DNA of 64,000 bases, from contig OX597838.1 in the NCBI GenBank assembly GCA_951406725.2, forward strand, positions 19,406,001 to 19,470,000, in the 5' to 3' direction. The notes beneath the pieces are model-generated. The model was not told where the DNA came from. It worked only from the letters and a program-made list of their open reading frames with translations, and did not search any database. This stretch comes from Octopus vulgaris. Taxonomy: Eukaryota. A program made the position numbers and the translations under genes. Of the stretch, positions 13,677 through 26,200 are shown one piece after another. Within the stretch, counting starts at the first letter, position 1, and each line of letters opens with the position of its first letter.

Positions 13677-14254
13677 ATGCCCTGATGCAGTACCAGGCAG
13701 TGGCTCTCATGGCTTCTGATCTTAACTGATTGGGAGTGTTATCATGTACATTGTTTTGTCTTAGTATAAAAGATGGGCTACAGCAAATATTCTGTTCAAA
13801 ACCACAGATTTGCTTGTCAGTTGTTTGACCATAACCAGTTGAGCATGTCTCTTAGTGGCTGACGATATGTGCATCTCTGACCACGAGCAGAAGTAGTGGG
13901 GGAGCATCATAGCCATGTGTTGAGAGGGATTCTTTGGGGTTTGAATAATTCACCTCTGGAAACATGGGTGTTTTGTTTAACAGCCTTAAACAATCCTTAT
14001 TCAGGGACCTTTTGAGCAGGATGGGTTACTCGACCTGAAGAAAATTCTAACTGGGCCCCATCTGCAAGGTCATGTGCTGTTCATCTTGATATGAGATCAC
14101 CATGTCGCGCACATATGGTTGTGATGCATGTGCCTAGTGTACCCTTATCAGACAGGTTATCATGATGGGTATACTGGGCTTCGTATATTTTACCCCAGTG
14201 TCACTTTGATGGCATCCACTGCTCTCTCACTCAATAATAATAATAATAATGATG

Positions 14255-14306
<52 letters not shown>

Positions 14307-14329
14307 TAGTAATAGTAATAATAATAATA

Positions 14330-14833
14330 ATGGTTTCAAATTTTGCCACAAGGGCAGTGATTTGGAGAGAAGGGATGAGTCGATTACATTGACCCTGGTG
14401 TTTGGCTGGTACTTATTTTATCAATCCCGAAAGAATGAACGGTAAAGTCGACCTTGGTGGAATTTGAACTCAGAATGTAGAGATGGGCGAAATACCGCTA
14501 AGCATTTCGTCCAGTGTGCTAACAATTCTACCAGCTCGCTGTCTTCCATAATAAAAATGAAAATAATAAAGGTTTCAAATTTTTCCACAAGGGCAGCAAT
14601 TTTGGGGGAGAGAATGAGTTGATTACATTGAACCCCAGCATTCAGTTGGTATTTACCCCGAAAGGGTGAAAGGTAAAGTTGACCTTGGTGGAATTTGAAC
14701 TCAGAATGTATCACTAAACATTTCGTCCAGCATGCTAAAAAGTCTACCAGTTCATTACTTTAATAATAACAATAATGATAATAACAATTCTTTCTTTATT
14801 GGCCACCTGGGCCAAACACAAAACATAGAGGAC

Positions 14834-14875
<42 letters not shown>

Positions 14876-15290
14876 TAGGACAGCGAGCTGGCAGAATCGT
14901 TAGCACGTCAGGTGAAATGCTTAGCAGTATTTCGTCTGCTGTTACATTCTGAGTTCAAATGCTGCTGAGGTCGACTTTGCCTTTCATCCTTTCGGGGTCG
15001 ATTAAATAAGTACCAGTAACACACTGAGATCAATATAATCGACTTAATCCGATTGTCTGTCCTTGTTTGTCCCCTGTGTTTAGCCCCTTGTGGGTAGTAA
15101 AGAAATAGGTATTTCATCTGCCGCCAAGTTCTGAGTTCAAATTCCACCGAGGTAGACTTTGTCTTTCATCCTTTCGGGGTCGATTAAATAAGTACCAGTT
15201 ACGCACTGGTGTTGATGTAATTGATTTAATCCTTTTGTCTGTCCTTGTTTGTCCCCTCTGTGTTTAGCCCTCTGTGGGCAATAAATAAAT
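14330..15290. mobile_element. SINE family B copies (14330-14760 minus; 14878-15290 plus, dimeric)
   Basis: Match to family B consensus. Confidence 0.75.
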
Positions 15291-15654
15291 AAATAATAAT
15301 TATTATTATAATTATAATAATCCATGATTATAAAGAAAAGAAAATGAAAAATTAATAAAAAAATATATATATGCGTGTGTGTCTTTGTGTTTGTGTTTGT
15401 CCCCACAACTGCTCGACAACCTGTGTTGGTGTGTTTACAACTTTGTGACTTAGCAGTTCAGCATAAGACACTGATAGAATATGTACTGGGCTTTGCAAAG
15501 ACATAATTAGTGGGGTCGATTCATTCGTCTAAAAATTCTTAAAAAACATTGCCCCAGCATGGCCACAGTTTAATGACTGAAACAAGCAAAAGATACAATG
15601 TTGATTCTTTAAAGGAAGATGATTTGCCAAGAAAATTTTAATTACAGCAATTTG

Positions 15655-15985
15655 TTTAAGTAGAAAGAATAGCCAAAACTCTTTTGACTGCTATTTCTAA
15701 ATCCGGTGTGTGGTGAGGAAGGTTTAAGTAATATTAAGTAATTAAGGGTTTAGCAACGATTTGCCTCACCACACACCGGATTTAGAAATAGCAGTCAAAA
15801 GAGTTGTGACTATTCTTTCTACTTAAAAGGGAGATCCCAGTAAAACCACAGCACTTAAAAGGCAAACAACGCAGGCAAAAGAGAAAGAAATGACGGCAAT
15901 CATTCTATAGCCATAACTCTTTGACTGCTATTTCTAAATTCGGTGTGTAGTGAGGCAAATCGTTGCTAAACCCTTAATTACTTAG
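15655..15985. repeat. Foldback element with three alternately oriented arms
   Basis: 15655-15718 pairs with 15764-15827; arm repeated at about 15910-15985; related sequence at 32850-32910 and 51025-51092. Confidence 0.75.
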
Positions 15986-15987
15986 TA

Positions 15988-16175
15988 TCATCATCATCAT
16001 CATCATCATCGTTTAACGTCCGCTTTCCGCGCTAGCACGGGTTGGACGGTTTGACCGGGTCTGGGAAGCCAGGGGCCGCACCAGGCTCCAGTCTGAATCT
16101 GGCAGAGTTTCTACGGCTGGATGCCCTTCCTAACGCCAACCACTCCGTGAGTGGATTGGGTGCTTTTTACGTGCC
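15988..16175 (-). mobile_element. SINE family C
   Basis: Family C domain and CAT tail. Confidence 0.75.
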
Positions 16176-16684
16176 ACATATATATATATAATCTTTACTT
16201 AAAAAAAACGCAGCCCCAAACTTCTGCTCTTTCATCCATTCAGTCATCTAGCAGATAAGTTGAATGCTTATTTATTTATTTCACTTCCCCATCAATCATA
16301 CATGCTTTCTTATCTATCTAACTATTTTTAACTAATTTCTATATCTATCTAATTATTTTAACTAATTTATCCATTACCCATCTCGCCTCTCGTGTATTCA
16401 TCAACCATTGTGTATTCACGGTGCACCCGCCCCGCCCCCCCCCCACCACCACCAATACCGGATATCTCTATATTTTTGCTCCATCCATTCCGGATGTCGC
16501 TTCTCCCACCACCATAATAGGTGTCTACTCTTCGAACCCCCCTCTTCAATACGCTATTTCACCATGCATTACCCCTCTCTTGATATCCTACGTTCTACTT
16601 GCCTAGAACCTGTCATCATTTCTCTGAACCACCCCTCCCCACTGGTGCTCCCCTATATTTCTGCACGCCCCCCCCCCACATAAA

Positions 16685-16932
16685 AGAAAAAAGCACCATC
16701 CGAACGTGGCCGATGCCAGACCCCTCTGGCACCTGTGCAGATGGCACGTAAAAAACACCCACTACACTCGCGGAGTGGTTGGCGTTAGGAAGGGCATCCA
16801 GCCGTAGAAACTCTGCCAGACTAGACTGGAGCCTGGGGCAGTCCCTAGCTCCCCAGACCCCGGTCGAAACCGTCCAACCCGTGCTAGCGCGGAAAACGGA
16901 CGTTAAACGATGATGATGATGATGATGATGAT
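16685..16932 (+). mobile_element. SINE family C
   Basis: GGCGTTAGGAAGGGCATCCAGCCGTAGAAA, (GAT)n tail. Confidence 0.75.
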
Positions 16933-17178
16933 GATAGATAGATAGATAGATAGAGGAGACCTCTGGTTCATCTCTTTTTGTCAAACCATGCCAGCATGGA
17001 AAAAGGGGCATTAAATGATGATGACGATGATATATAGAATATTTAAAAAAATTTATTCCATTTTTTTCCTGCAAATATAATGGATGTGTACATATGTATG
17101 ACCATGTATACGTATACCGTTGCATGCCAGTACATATAAACACTAAAACAGCATATTCACAGGTGTATATGACACATA

Positions 17179-17483
17179 GTGGTGGCACATGGCCTAGTAG
17201 TTAGAGCAGCGGACTCGTGGTCGAGGGATCGTGGGTTCGAATCTCAGACCAGGCGATGTGTGTGTTTATGAGCGAAACACCTAAGCTCCACGCGGCTCCG
17301 GCAGAAGGTAATGGCGAACTTCTGCTGACTCTTTCGCCACGACTTTCTCTCACTCTTTCCTCCTGCATCTTACAGCTCACCTGCGAAGGATTGGTGTCCC
17401 GTCCAGGTGGAGAACCTATACACCAATGAAACCAGGAAACCGGCCCTTATGAGCCAGACATGGCTCGAGAAGGAACAAATAAC
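17179..17483 (+). mobile_element. tRNA-derived SINE family D, full length
   Basis: A-box TGGCCTAGTAGTTAG, B-box GGTTCGAATCT. Confidence 0.8.
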
Positions 17484-17834
17484 ACATGACAGATATATCG
17501 TTTGCCATGAATTTGTGTAGCTTGTATGTGCCAATGCCTATGAGAACTAGAAAGGTTGAAACCCTTGTGGTCGTTGTCCTAGTTCTTTACATTCTAAGTT
17601 CAAATCCTACCAAAGTCAAAATTGCTTTTTATCCTTCTGGGGTTAGAGGCAAAATAAGCAGCAGTCGAGTGTAGGGGTTGATATAATCGACTCTACCCAT
17701 GCCCCAAATTTGTAGCCTTGTGCCTATATTAGAAAATACTAACATTTAAAAGAAGGGAATAATGATGTATCTGGTATTTCAGACATAACAGCCTTATATT
17801 ATAATGGAGAAACTGATCTCTGTCTGTCCATAAT

Positions 17835-17869
<35 letters not shown>

Positions 17870-17928
17870 GAAGAAGGAGAGGAGGAAAAGTTGTTGTTGA
17901 GAGAGAAATACAGAGAGAAAGAGAGAGA

Positions 17929-17981
<53 letters not shown>

Positions 17982-18158
17982 TGTGTGTGTTTGTGTGTGC
18001 ATGAGTGTGTGAAAGATAGAAAAAAGGGCAGTGTTTTCACCTTAGTAATTAACAAGTTTTGATTTAAAACAGGGAATTTTAAGTTCAAGTCTGTCAATGC
18101 AACACAAAACAGACTTCAAAAAAAAAAAAAACTATATATTTACATATATATATATATA

Positions 18159-18551
18159 GGCGTAGGAGTGGCTGTGTGGTAAGTAGCTTGCTTACGAACT
18201 GGGTTCAGTCCCACTGTGTGGCACCTTGGGCAAGTGTCTTCTACTATAGCCTTGGGAGTGGATTTGGTAGACAGAAACTGAAAGAAGCCCGTCGTATATA
18301 TGTATATGTATATATATATGCATGTGTGTGTGTATGTTTGTGTGTCTGTGTTTGTCCCCCCTCCCAACATTGCTTGACAACCGATGCTGGTGTGTTTACG
18401 TCTCTGTAACTTAGCGGTTCGGCAAAAGAGACTGATAGAATAAGTACTAGGCTTACAAAGAATAAGTCCTGGGGTCGATTTGCTCGACTAAAGGCGGTAC
18501 TCCAGCATGGCCGCAGTAAAATGACTGAAACAAGTAAGAGAGTAAAGAGAG
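18159..18551 (+). mobile_element. SINE family A
   Basis: Full-length match. Confidence 0.85.
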
Positions 18552-18563
18552 TGTATAATACAG

Positions 18564-18702
18564 GTGCCTTTAGTAAATTAGAAGAGGTACACCAAGGGAA
18601 GATGAAAGAGGCTAAATTGAGTTAGCAGGAACGGTTCCTGTTAAGCTGATTTAGCCTCTTTCATCTTCCCTTGGTGTACCTCTTCTAATTTACTAAAGGC
18701 AC
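18564..18702. repeat. Near-perfect 139-bp palindrome
   Basis: 54-bp perfectly complementary outer arms plus an inner 11-bp stem with a 1-nt loop. Confidence 0.9.
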
Positions 18703-18817
18703 TCTAAGGCTTTTGTAATATTTTTGTATTATGATAGTATAGGCTTATGTGTACTTCTCATACTGACTATGTATATAATACATATAGTTAATTTTTGGGG
18801 GTTGTGTGTGTGTGCAT

Positions 18818-18858
<41 letters not shown>

Positions 18859-19552
18859 TTTCTGTGTGTCTACCAACCTATAGACAATGCAACACAAACT
18901 TTAAAAAAAGACTTTTGCCTTGAACAATTTATGAAGGTACGGACAAGATTAAAACAAATATTTTTTACTGGCAGCAAAGCAACAAGGAACGGCCCAGTTT
19001 ATTTGAAGACTTGCACGACAGAACTAAGGACTAAGCCAAGAGAAATGTCGTTGGTATGAGTCTAGAGTGTGAGTGATGACAGGCAGACAGAGATGTGGAT
19101 TGCTCTAACCACTGAAGTGGAGCTGGAATATAAGAGACACTAAAAGGAGAGTGTGTTGGTATAAAAAAGCAGATTATTACAATGATCTAAAACAGGCGTA
19201 TCCTAAGGGTGTCGGTTGTTTCCTACATCAGAAAATGTTGATAGGCAACTTATATACCACCCCTGCCAATGATATATCGAATTACAGTGCCAGAACAGGC
19301 TCTGGTGTTGTAATTAGCAGGAGATGAGTTAATGCTGTCTCGAGCGGTCAAGCGTTTATCATTGACAAAACTAACGAAGGTTGTAATAACATGATCAAGT
19401 GGTCTTGGTCCTGGAAGTGGTAGAGGTTTATCTCCCTGATAACAATGTAAACAAGAGTGTATTTTTCACCAAAGGCCAATATGAGGTTTTTTTCCTCATA
19501 GTATCTACTGCAGTATAGTCTGTTCTAACAGAACATCCAGGTTTAATTAGAG

Positions 19553-19800
19553 AAGGCTGCAAGCTGGCAGAAACGTTAGCATGCCAGGTGAAATGCTTAG
19601 TGGTATTTCGTCTGCCGTTACGTTCTGAGTTCAAATTCTGCTGAGTTCGACTTTGCCTTTCATCTTTTCGAGGTCAATTAAATAAGTACCAGTTAATCAC
19701 TGGGGTTGATGTAATCGACTTAATCCCCTTGTCTATCCTTGTTTGTCCCCTCTATGTTTAGCATCTTGTGGGCAATAAAGAAATAAGAAATGTTAGCATA
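19553..19800 (+). mobile_element. SINE family B
   Basis: Match to consensus. Confidence 0.8.
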
Positions 19801-20097
19801 TTAGAAGGACTAAGTGCAGGTCCAAGGATTTGGGTGGGATACAACAGGGATGATGAGAGGAGAAGGAGAGATGAGTGGGTCAGAAATGTTTGCGTGGAGA
19901 GGGCATGAACCTGGCCAACTCGAAGAAGCAGAGGCCATTAGATTAGTGTTTAATGAAATCAAAACATATACGAAGCATTCTCCAGTATTTACTGAAATGA
20001 TTAAAATAATTACATTTATGTATTTGTTTGCAAGATTTTTGGCACAAAATTGTGTGTTCAAACAGATATTGTTATAACTGGGGATGGTCATCTTTTG

Positions 20098-20128
<31 letters not shown>

Positions 20129-20279
20129 TATATATTTGGTCTTCCTTTCATCTTTATTATTATTATCTTTATTATCCTTATTATTATTATTATTATTATT
20201 AATATTTTTATTATTATTATCATTATTATTTTCCTATATATATTTGGTCTTCCTTTCATCTTTATTATTATTTTTATTA

Positions 20280-20329
<50 letters not shown>

Positions 20330-20706
20330 GTTTTTCTTCTTTCTTCAAATTTTCTTTCGACATCTTGTGTGTCTTCCACAGGTTCAAAAATTAAACTTAT
20401 CAATCTACTTCATTTTGATTAATATTTATAGGATTGAGGTAACTCCTCCAGAAGATATAGAAGCAAAAAAAAAAGTAAAAAGAAGAGTGCCATTGTCATT
20501 ATTATTATTATCATCATCATCATCATCACCATTATTATTATTATTATTATTTTATTTTATTTTTTTCTTAGTAAGGCGGTGAGCTGGCAGAATTGTTAGC
20601 ATTGCCAGTCGCTATGTTCTGAGTTCAAATTCCACCGAGGTCGACTTTGCCTTTCATCCTTTTGGTGTTGATGAATTAAGTACCAGTGAAACACTGGGGT
20701 AGAGAG

Positions 20707-20945
20707 ATAAATGAAAAGATGTATAAACAAACGACATAACATATACCGAATGTAAAAACGAACGGGAGACAAACAGAAGGTCTGTAATTCTTCATCAGCT
20801 ATCGACCAATTGGTAGAAAGCTCTCCCATCACACCAATTGGGAATATTACCAAATTGGTCGATGACTGATGAAGAATTATGTCTCCAGTTCATTTTGACA
20901 TTCAGTATATGTTACGTCATTTATTTGTATATTTTTTGATTTATC
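20707..20945. repeat. Diverged inverted repeat with CTGATGA in both arms
   Basis: TAATTCTTCATCAGCTATCGACCAAT vs ATTGGTCGATGACTGATGAAGAATTA; the outer arms also pair. Confidence 0.7.
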
Positions 20946-21214
20946 AAGTAATGGAATGCAACACACACCGAATTTTTGTGTGTACGTATGTGTGAGTGTG
21001 TGTGTGTGTGTGTGTAAATGTCAGATTCATGGATCCAGGTGTAGGAAGCTAGTAAGTTTCAAGCAGTTTACAGAAGGTATATAAACACAGCTTTCAGGAA
21101 CAATAGTAGTTTGTTGGCATGGAAGGTTGTAAATTTTTCCCATATCGAAGTTCGATAAGCCGGAAAAAGTTATTTCATTGTTCGGGGTTAGCAGCTTGGG
21201 TTGCTATGTATGTA

Positions 21215-21441
21215 TACTCTTTTACACTTTTACTTGTTTCAGTCATTTGACTGTGGCCATGCTGGAGCACCGCCTTTAGTCAAGCAAATCTACCCGAGGA
21301 CTTATTCTTTTGTAAGCCTAGTACTTATTCTATCGGTCTCTTTTGCCGAGCCGCTAAGTTACGGGGACGTAAACACACCAGCATCGGTTGTCAAGTGATG
21401 TTGGGGGGGACAAACACAGATGCACAAACACATACACACAC

Positions 21442-21494
<53 letters not shown>

Positions 21495-21630
21495 TACGAC
21501 GGGCTTCTTTCAGTTTCTGTCTACCAAATCCACTCACAAGGGCTTTGGTCGGCCTGAGGCTATAGTAGAAGACACTTGCCCAAGGTGCTTCGCAGTGGGA
21601 CTGAACCCGGAACCATGTGGTTGGTAAGCA
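21215..21630 (-). mobile_element. SINE family A
   Basis: Match to consensus. Confidence 0.85.
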
Positions 21631-21682
21631 ATTGCGAATAATTGGATTTTACCTGTTCCATTCACTCAATTTGGATCTATGT

Positions 21683-21764
<82 letters not shown>

Positions 21765-21789
21765 CAAACTCTAAAATATTAGAGCAATA

Positions 21790-21987
21790 GTATATTTAGA
21801 AAGTTGTTTGTTATGGTCAGTCTGAGAGTGACCACTGGTTTTGCACCTATATAGCACTTAGTTGCATAAGTGACTCATCCGGTCATTTGAGTCTAATGAG
21901 TAGCCTAATCAGCTAAGTGCTTTACAGGTGCGGAACCAGTGGTCACTCTCAGACTGACCATAACAATCTATCTTCTATAAATATATA
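21790..21987. repeat. Inverted repeat carrying back-to-back decayed hammerheads
   Basis: TTGTTATGGTCAGTCTGAGAGTGACCACTGGTT pairs with AACCAGTGGTCACTCTCAGACTGACCATAACAA. Confidence 0.85.
21889..21948 (+). ncRNA. Decayed type I hammerhead motif
   Basis: GAGT-CTAATGA-...GGTGC-GGA-ACCAGTGGT-C-ACTC; two core substitutions; mirror copy in the left arm. Confidence 0.55.
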
Positions 21988-21989
21988 AT

Positions 21990-22465
21990 TGGCCTAGTGG
22001 TTAGGGTATTTGGCTCACAATCGTAAGGTTGTGAGTTCAATTCCTGGTGGCCGGTATGTTGTGTCCTTGAGCAAGACACTTTATTTTCACGTTGCTCCAG
22101 TCCACTCAGCTGGCAAAAATGAGTAGTACCTGTATTTCAAAGGGCCGGCTTTGTGACATTCTGTGTCACGCTGAATCTCCCTGAGAACTACATTAAGGGT
22201 ACACGTGTCTGGCTCATAGGGCTGGTTTCCTTGGTGTCTAGGTTCCCCACCTGGATGGGACACCGGTCCATTGCAGGTGAGCTGCAAGATGCAGGAGGAA
22301 AGAGTGAGAGAAGGTTGTGGCGAAAGAGTCAGCAGAGGTTCGCCATTACCTTCTGCTGAAGCTTAGGTGTTTCACTCATAAACACACACATCACCCGGTC
22401 TGAGATTCGAACCCGCGATCCCTCGACCGCGAGTCCACTACTCTAACCACTAGGCCATGTACCTC

Positions 22466-22467
<2 letters not shown>
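21990..22467. mobile_element. SINE family E (+, 21990-22210) abutting family D (-, 22210-22467)
   Basis: tRNA-like heads; GTGTCCTTGAGCAAGACACT core shared with 47930 and 57680. Confidence 0.7.
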
Positions 22468-22534
<67 letters not shown>

Positions 22535-22587
22535 GAGTGTGTGTAAATATATATATGTATATATATATATGAGTGTGTGTAGGTATA

Positions 22588-22620
<33 letters not shown>

Positions 22621-23424
22621 GAGTGTGTGTAAATATATATATGTGTATGAGTGTGTGTAAATATATATATGTATATATATATATGAGTGTGTGTAAATAT
22701 ATATTTTATCAACAGCTATATAAACTCACAGGCCTTCAATCTATGACTAGTTTGATAAGTGCCAACACACGAAACTCTCAGACTTTGAGTCACTCTCTTA
22801 CTTCTGCTAAATATTAATAAAAATATCTATCTATCTATCTTTCTATCTATCTATCTATCTATCTATATATCACATACACACATATATAATAAGAAGTAAA
22901 AGGGATTAATAAATCCAGGTAGATATCTACAAAGCATTCAGTCTTAAATGAATTTGGTTAACTCCATGAAAGAATTAGATACCAATAAATGCATGTAGAT
23001 TAAACATCCAAGGTGATTCTTCATGTATGAGAAGAAGTAAATCCAAATATCGCTAAGAAGAATTTCAAGAAATTCAGAGGATAAGACAAGAACAAAAACG
23101 AAGAAAATCACATCTTTAATTGGTGATTACACCATAAATTAGTGGTGATTGTTTCTACCGTGCAAATACGTTTTGAGCAAAATATATAAAATACCAATAA
23201 AATTGATACATCAGGAAGTAATATGCTAACTCAACGTTATCAAGGCAATCCAAAATTGGTTAAATTCAAAAGGATCTATATATATAGGGAGATGTACTTG
23301 CATAGCAAGTGATTTGATCTGAGATCGTGTGCTGGAACGAAAACAATTGCAGCGTGGAAGGTGTTTGTAAGCCATTTAAGAAACACACAAAAGCCGTTCG
23401 ATTCACTTCAACATTTAAGTTTAA

Positions 23425-23474
23425 TTTGTCAAAATATTTTCGTCGCTAAAATCCGCGACCTGTTCACTGACAAA
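23425..23474 (-). ncRNA. Type I minimal hammerhead motif with G3-C8 covariant core
   Basis: TTTGTCA-GTGAACA-G-GTCGC-ggatttta-GCGAC-GAA-AATATT-T-TGACAAA. Confidence 0.75.
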
Positions 23475-23774
23475 AATCCATGCTGCATCTATATATATAT
23501 ATATATATACTTTTCTACTCTAGGCACAAAGCCCGAAAATTTTTGGGAAGTGGGGCCAGTTGATTAGATTGACCCCAGTATACAACTGGTACTTAATTTA
23601 TCGACAATGAAAGGATAAAAGGCAATTTGAACACAGAACGTAACGACAGATGAAATATCACTAAGGTTGCATGTATGTAAATGAAGAGGATAGATTTGAC
23701 TGTTAAAGACGGATCGTTATTAACAAGTGAAATTCTCTTCCTTTGAAATACTGATCACATCCACGTATATTATT

Positions 23775-23806
<32 letters not shown>

Positions 23807-24041
23807 AGTTGACCATGGCGGAATTTTCATTCTGAACGTAAAGACAGGTGAAATACTGCTAAGCATTTGTGGTATAGGTGCAACACCAGAAATTTTGAGT
23901 GAAGGGAACTAGTCGATTACGTGAACCCCCAGTACAAGACTGGTACCTCTTTTATTGACCCCGAAAGGATGACAGACAAAGTCAGCCTCAGTGGAATTTG
24001 AACTCAGAATGTACAGAGACAGAGATGGAAGAAATACCATA

Positions 24042-24093
<52 letters not shown>

Positions 24094-24196
24094 CATATAT
24101 ATATATAGTTGAAATTTACAGGAAAACAAAAGACGAAGACAGGTGTATAAACAACAAGCAGGTGTATTAGTTTTATGCTCAGGAAGGTAAGAAAGT

Positions 24197-24232
24197 CTTT
24201 TATGTTTTGAGCCTATGCTCTTCAATAGAAAG
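24197..24232 (-). ncRNA. Highly decayed minimal hammerhead-like motif
   Basis: CTTT-CTATTGA-A-GAGC-ATAG-GCTC-AAA-ACAT-A-AAAG; helices I and II intact, core degraded. Confidence 0.35.
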
Positions 24233-24296
24233 GAACGCAAGGAAATAAACAGAGAGGGAATAAAAAAACTGTTGGAGTTAGCGGTCAATCATGGCA

Positions 24297-24633
24297 AGGT
24301 CGTTGTCGACTTATGACCTCAGTTGGTTCTGACTGACTGGTCGTAAACTGATTTGGTCATAAGTTGGCCTATAGGCTTACATAGATTTGTTTTATATTTT
24401 TACATTCTTACTCTCTCTTTTACTCTTTTACTTGTTTCAGTCATTTGACTGTGTCCATGCTGGAGCACCACCTTTAATCGAGCAACTCGACCCCAGGACT
24501 TATTCTTTTGTAAGCCCAGTACTTATTCTACAGGTCTCTTTTGCCGAACCGCTAAGTAACGGGGACATAAACACACCAGCATCGGTTGTCAAGCAATGCT
24601 AGAGGGACAAACACAGACACACAAACACACACA

Positions 24634-24687
<54 letters not shown>

Positions 24688-25207
24688 CATACATATATAC
24701 AACGGGCTTCTTTCAGTTTCCGTCTACGAAATCCACTCACAAGGCTTTGGTCGGCCCGAGGCTATAGTTGAAGACACTTGCCCAAGGTGCCACGCAGTGG
24801 GACTGAACCCGGAACCATGTGGTTGGTAAACAAGCTACTTACCACACAGCCACTCCTACGCCTAAGGTACTTTCTCAGGTAAAAGTCACACACAGCATTC
24901 TGTATTGTACTATTATATTGGCGATACTCAAAAATTCCAGAGTCTCAAGCAGTCGTCTTATAAACAAATACGAGGTTGCCTCGATGTCTCTGCGACAGGA
25001 TGGTCATCTAACACAGTGGAGACTGATACCCAAACCTAGGGGAAGCATTTGTTAGCTGACATCACTCATAGACAGGTTGATTTCTAAGAAATTAAACCCA
25101 TTAGATTTCAACTGGACTATTTATTATTGCTTCCGGGAGGTGGAGTGGCAATCATCATAAAGTTGAACGGTTGTAAGTTGGACAGGTCATAAATTGACGA
25201 CAACCTG
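24297..25207. mobile_element. pogo/Tigger-like MITE interrupted by SINE A (24408-24863, -)
   Basis: AGGTCGTTGTCGACTTATGACC vs GGTCATAAATTGACGACAACCTG|TA; subterminal GTCRTAA repeats. Confidence 0.55.
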
Positions 25208-25408
25208 TATATATATATATATAAGTAGTTGAATGAATTATCTTATTATGGATAATTCGGTTAACCGATACCTGGGTAGCAAATTCACGCCAGAAAAACA
25301 CGGTTGAAGCTACATGCCAAGGGCAGAGATCACGTGCTTTCGTGTAGAAATTTGTGTGTTTTTTTAATAAAGGAATTTTGTTAATTTGGCGTTCAACTCC
25401 TTTCTTTC

Positions 25409-25447
<39 letters not shown>

Positions 25448-25469
25448 ACACACACACACACACATATAT

Positions 25470-25668
25470 ATTTCTTTACTACCCACAAGGGGCTAAACAT
25501 AGAGGGGGACAAACAAGGACAGACAAAGGTATTAAGTCGATTACATCGACCCCAGTGCGTAACTGGTACTTATTTAATCGACCCCGAAAGGATGAAAGGC
25601 AAAGTCGACCTTGGAGGAATTTGAACTCAGAACTTGGCGGCAGATGAAATACAGCTAAGCATTTCGCA
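25470..25668 (-). mobile_element. SINE family B
   Basis: Match to consensus. Confidence 0.8.
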
Positions 25669-25719
25669 TATATACATACATATATATATATACATACATA
25701 CACACACACACGCACACGC

Positions 25720-25762
<43 letters not shown>

Positions 25763-25844
25763 TGAATCATATGTGGTATTCTAAGTTTTATAAGACATGT
25801 CTAAATTTCAGTAAGTTAACTGTCAGGACTAAACAAACTTGGTA

Positions 25845-26200
25845 AGAAGCGTGCTACCCAACCGCATGGTTCTGGGTTCAGTCCCACTGCATGGTGGAAC
25901 CTTAGGAAAGCGTCTTTTACTATAGCTTCAGGCTGACCAAGGCCTTGTGACCGGATTGGGTAGATGGAAAGTATATGTGTGTGTGTGTGTGTGTGTGTTT
26001 GTCTCCTACCACTACTTGACAACCAGTGTTGGTGTGTTTATGTCCCTGTCACTTAGCGGTTCAACAAAGAAACTGGTAGAATAAGTACCAGGCATTACAA
26101 AACAATAACTCTTGGGGTTGACTCATTTGACTGAAAATTCTTCAAGGTGGTGCTTCAGCATGGCCACAGTCTAGCGACTGAATCTAGTAAAAGATAAAAG
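25845..26200 (+). mobile_element. Older SINE family A variant
   Basis: Diverged match. Confidence 0.7.

Noticed and set aside
13677-14232. ~555-bp segment between (AAT)n tracts containing CTGACGA and CTGAAGA
   Set aside because: No matching helix II-GAAA; probably an interspersed repeat, but single copy here so unclassifiable
17179-17255. SINE heads as real tRNA genes
   Set aside because: A/B boxes are present but run into SINE bodies, with no complete cloverleaf or T-run terminator
19810-20490. Non-repetitive ORF-like stretches (19814-20077, 20430-20490)
   Set aside because: No recognisable domain and no consistent pair of splice sites
23160-23250. Minus-strand TTGATAA...GCTC-AAAACGTA (possible U3-A8 variant)
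   Set aside because: Helices I and II cannot be registered convincingly
25292-25365. AAAAACAC..TTGAAGC-TACA..TGTA-GAAA..GTGTTTTT
   Set aside because: Topology is suggestive but the core is too divergent to support
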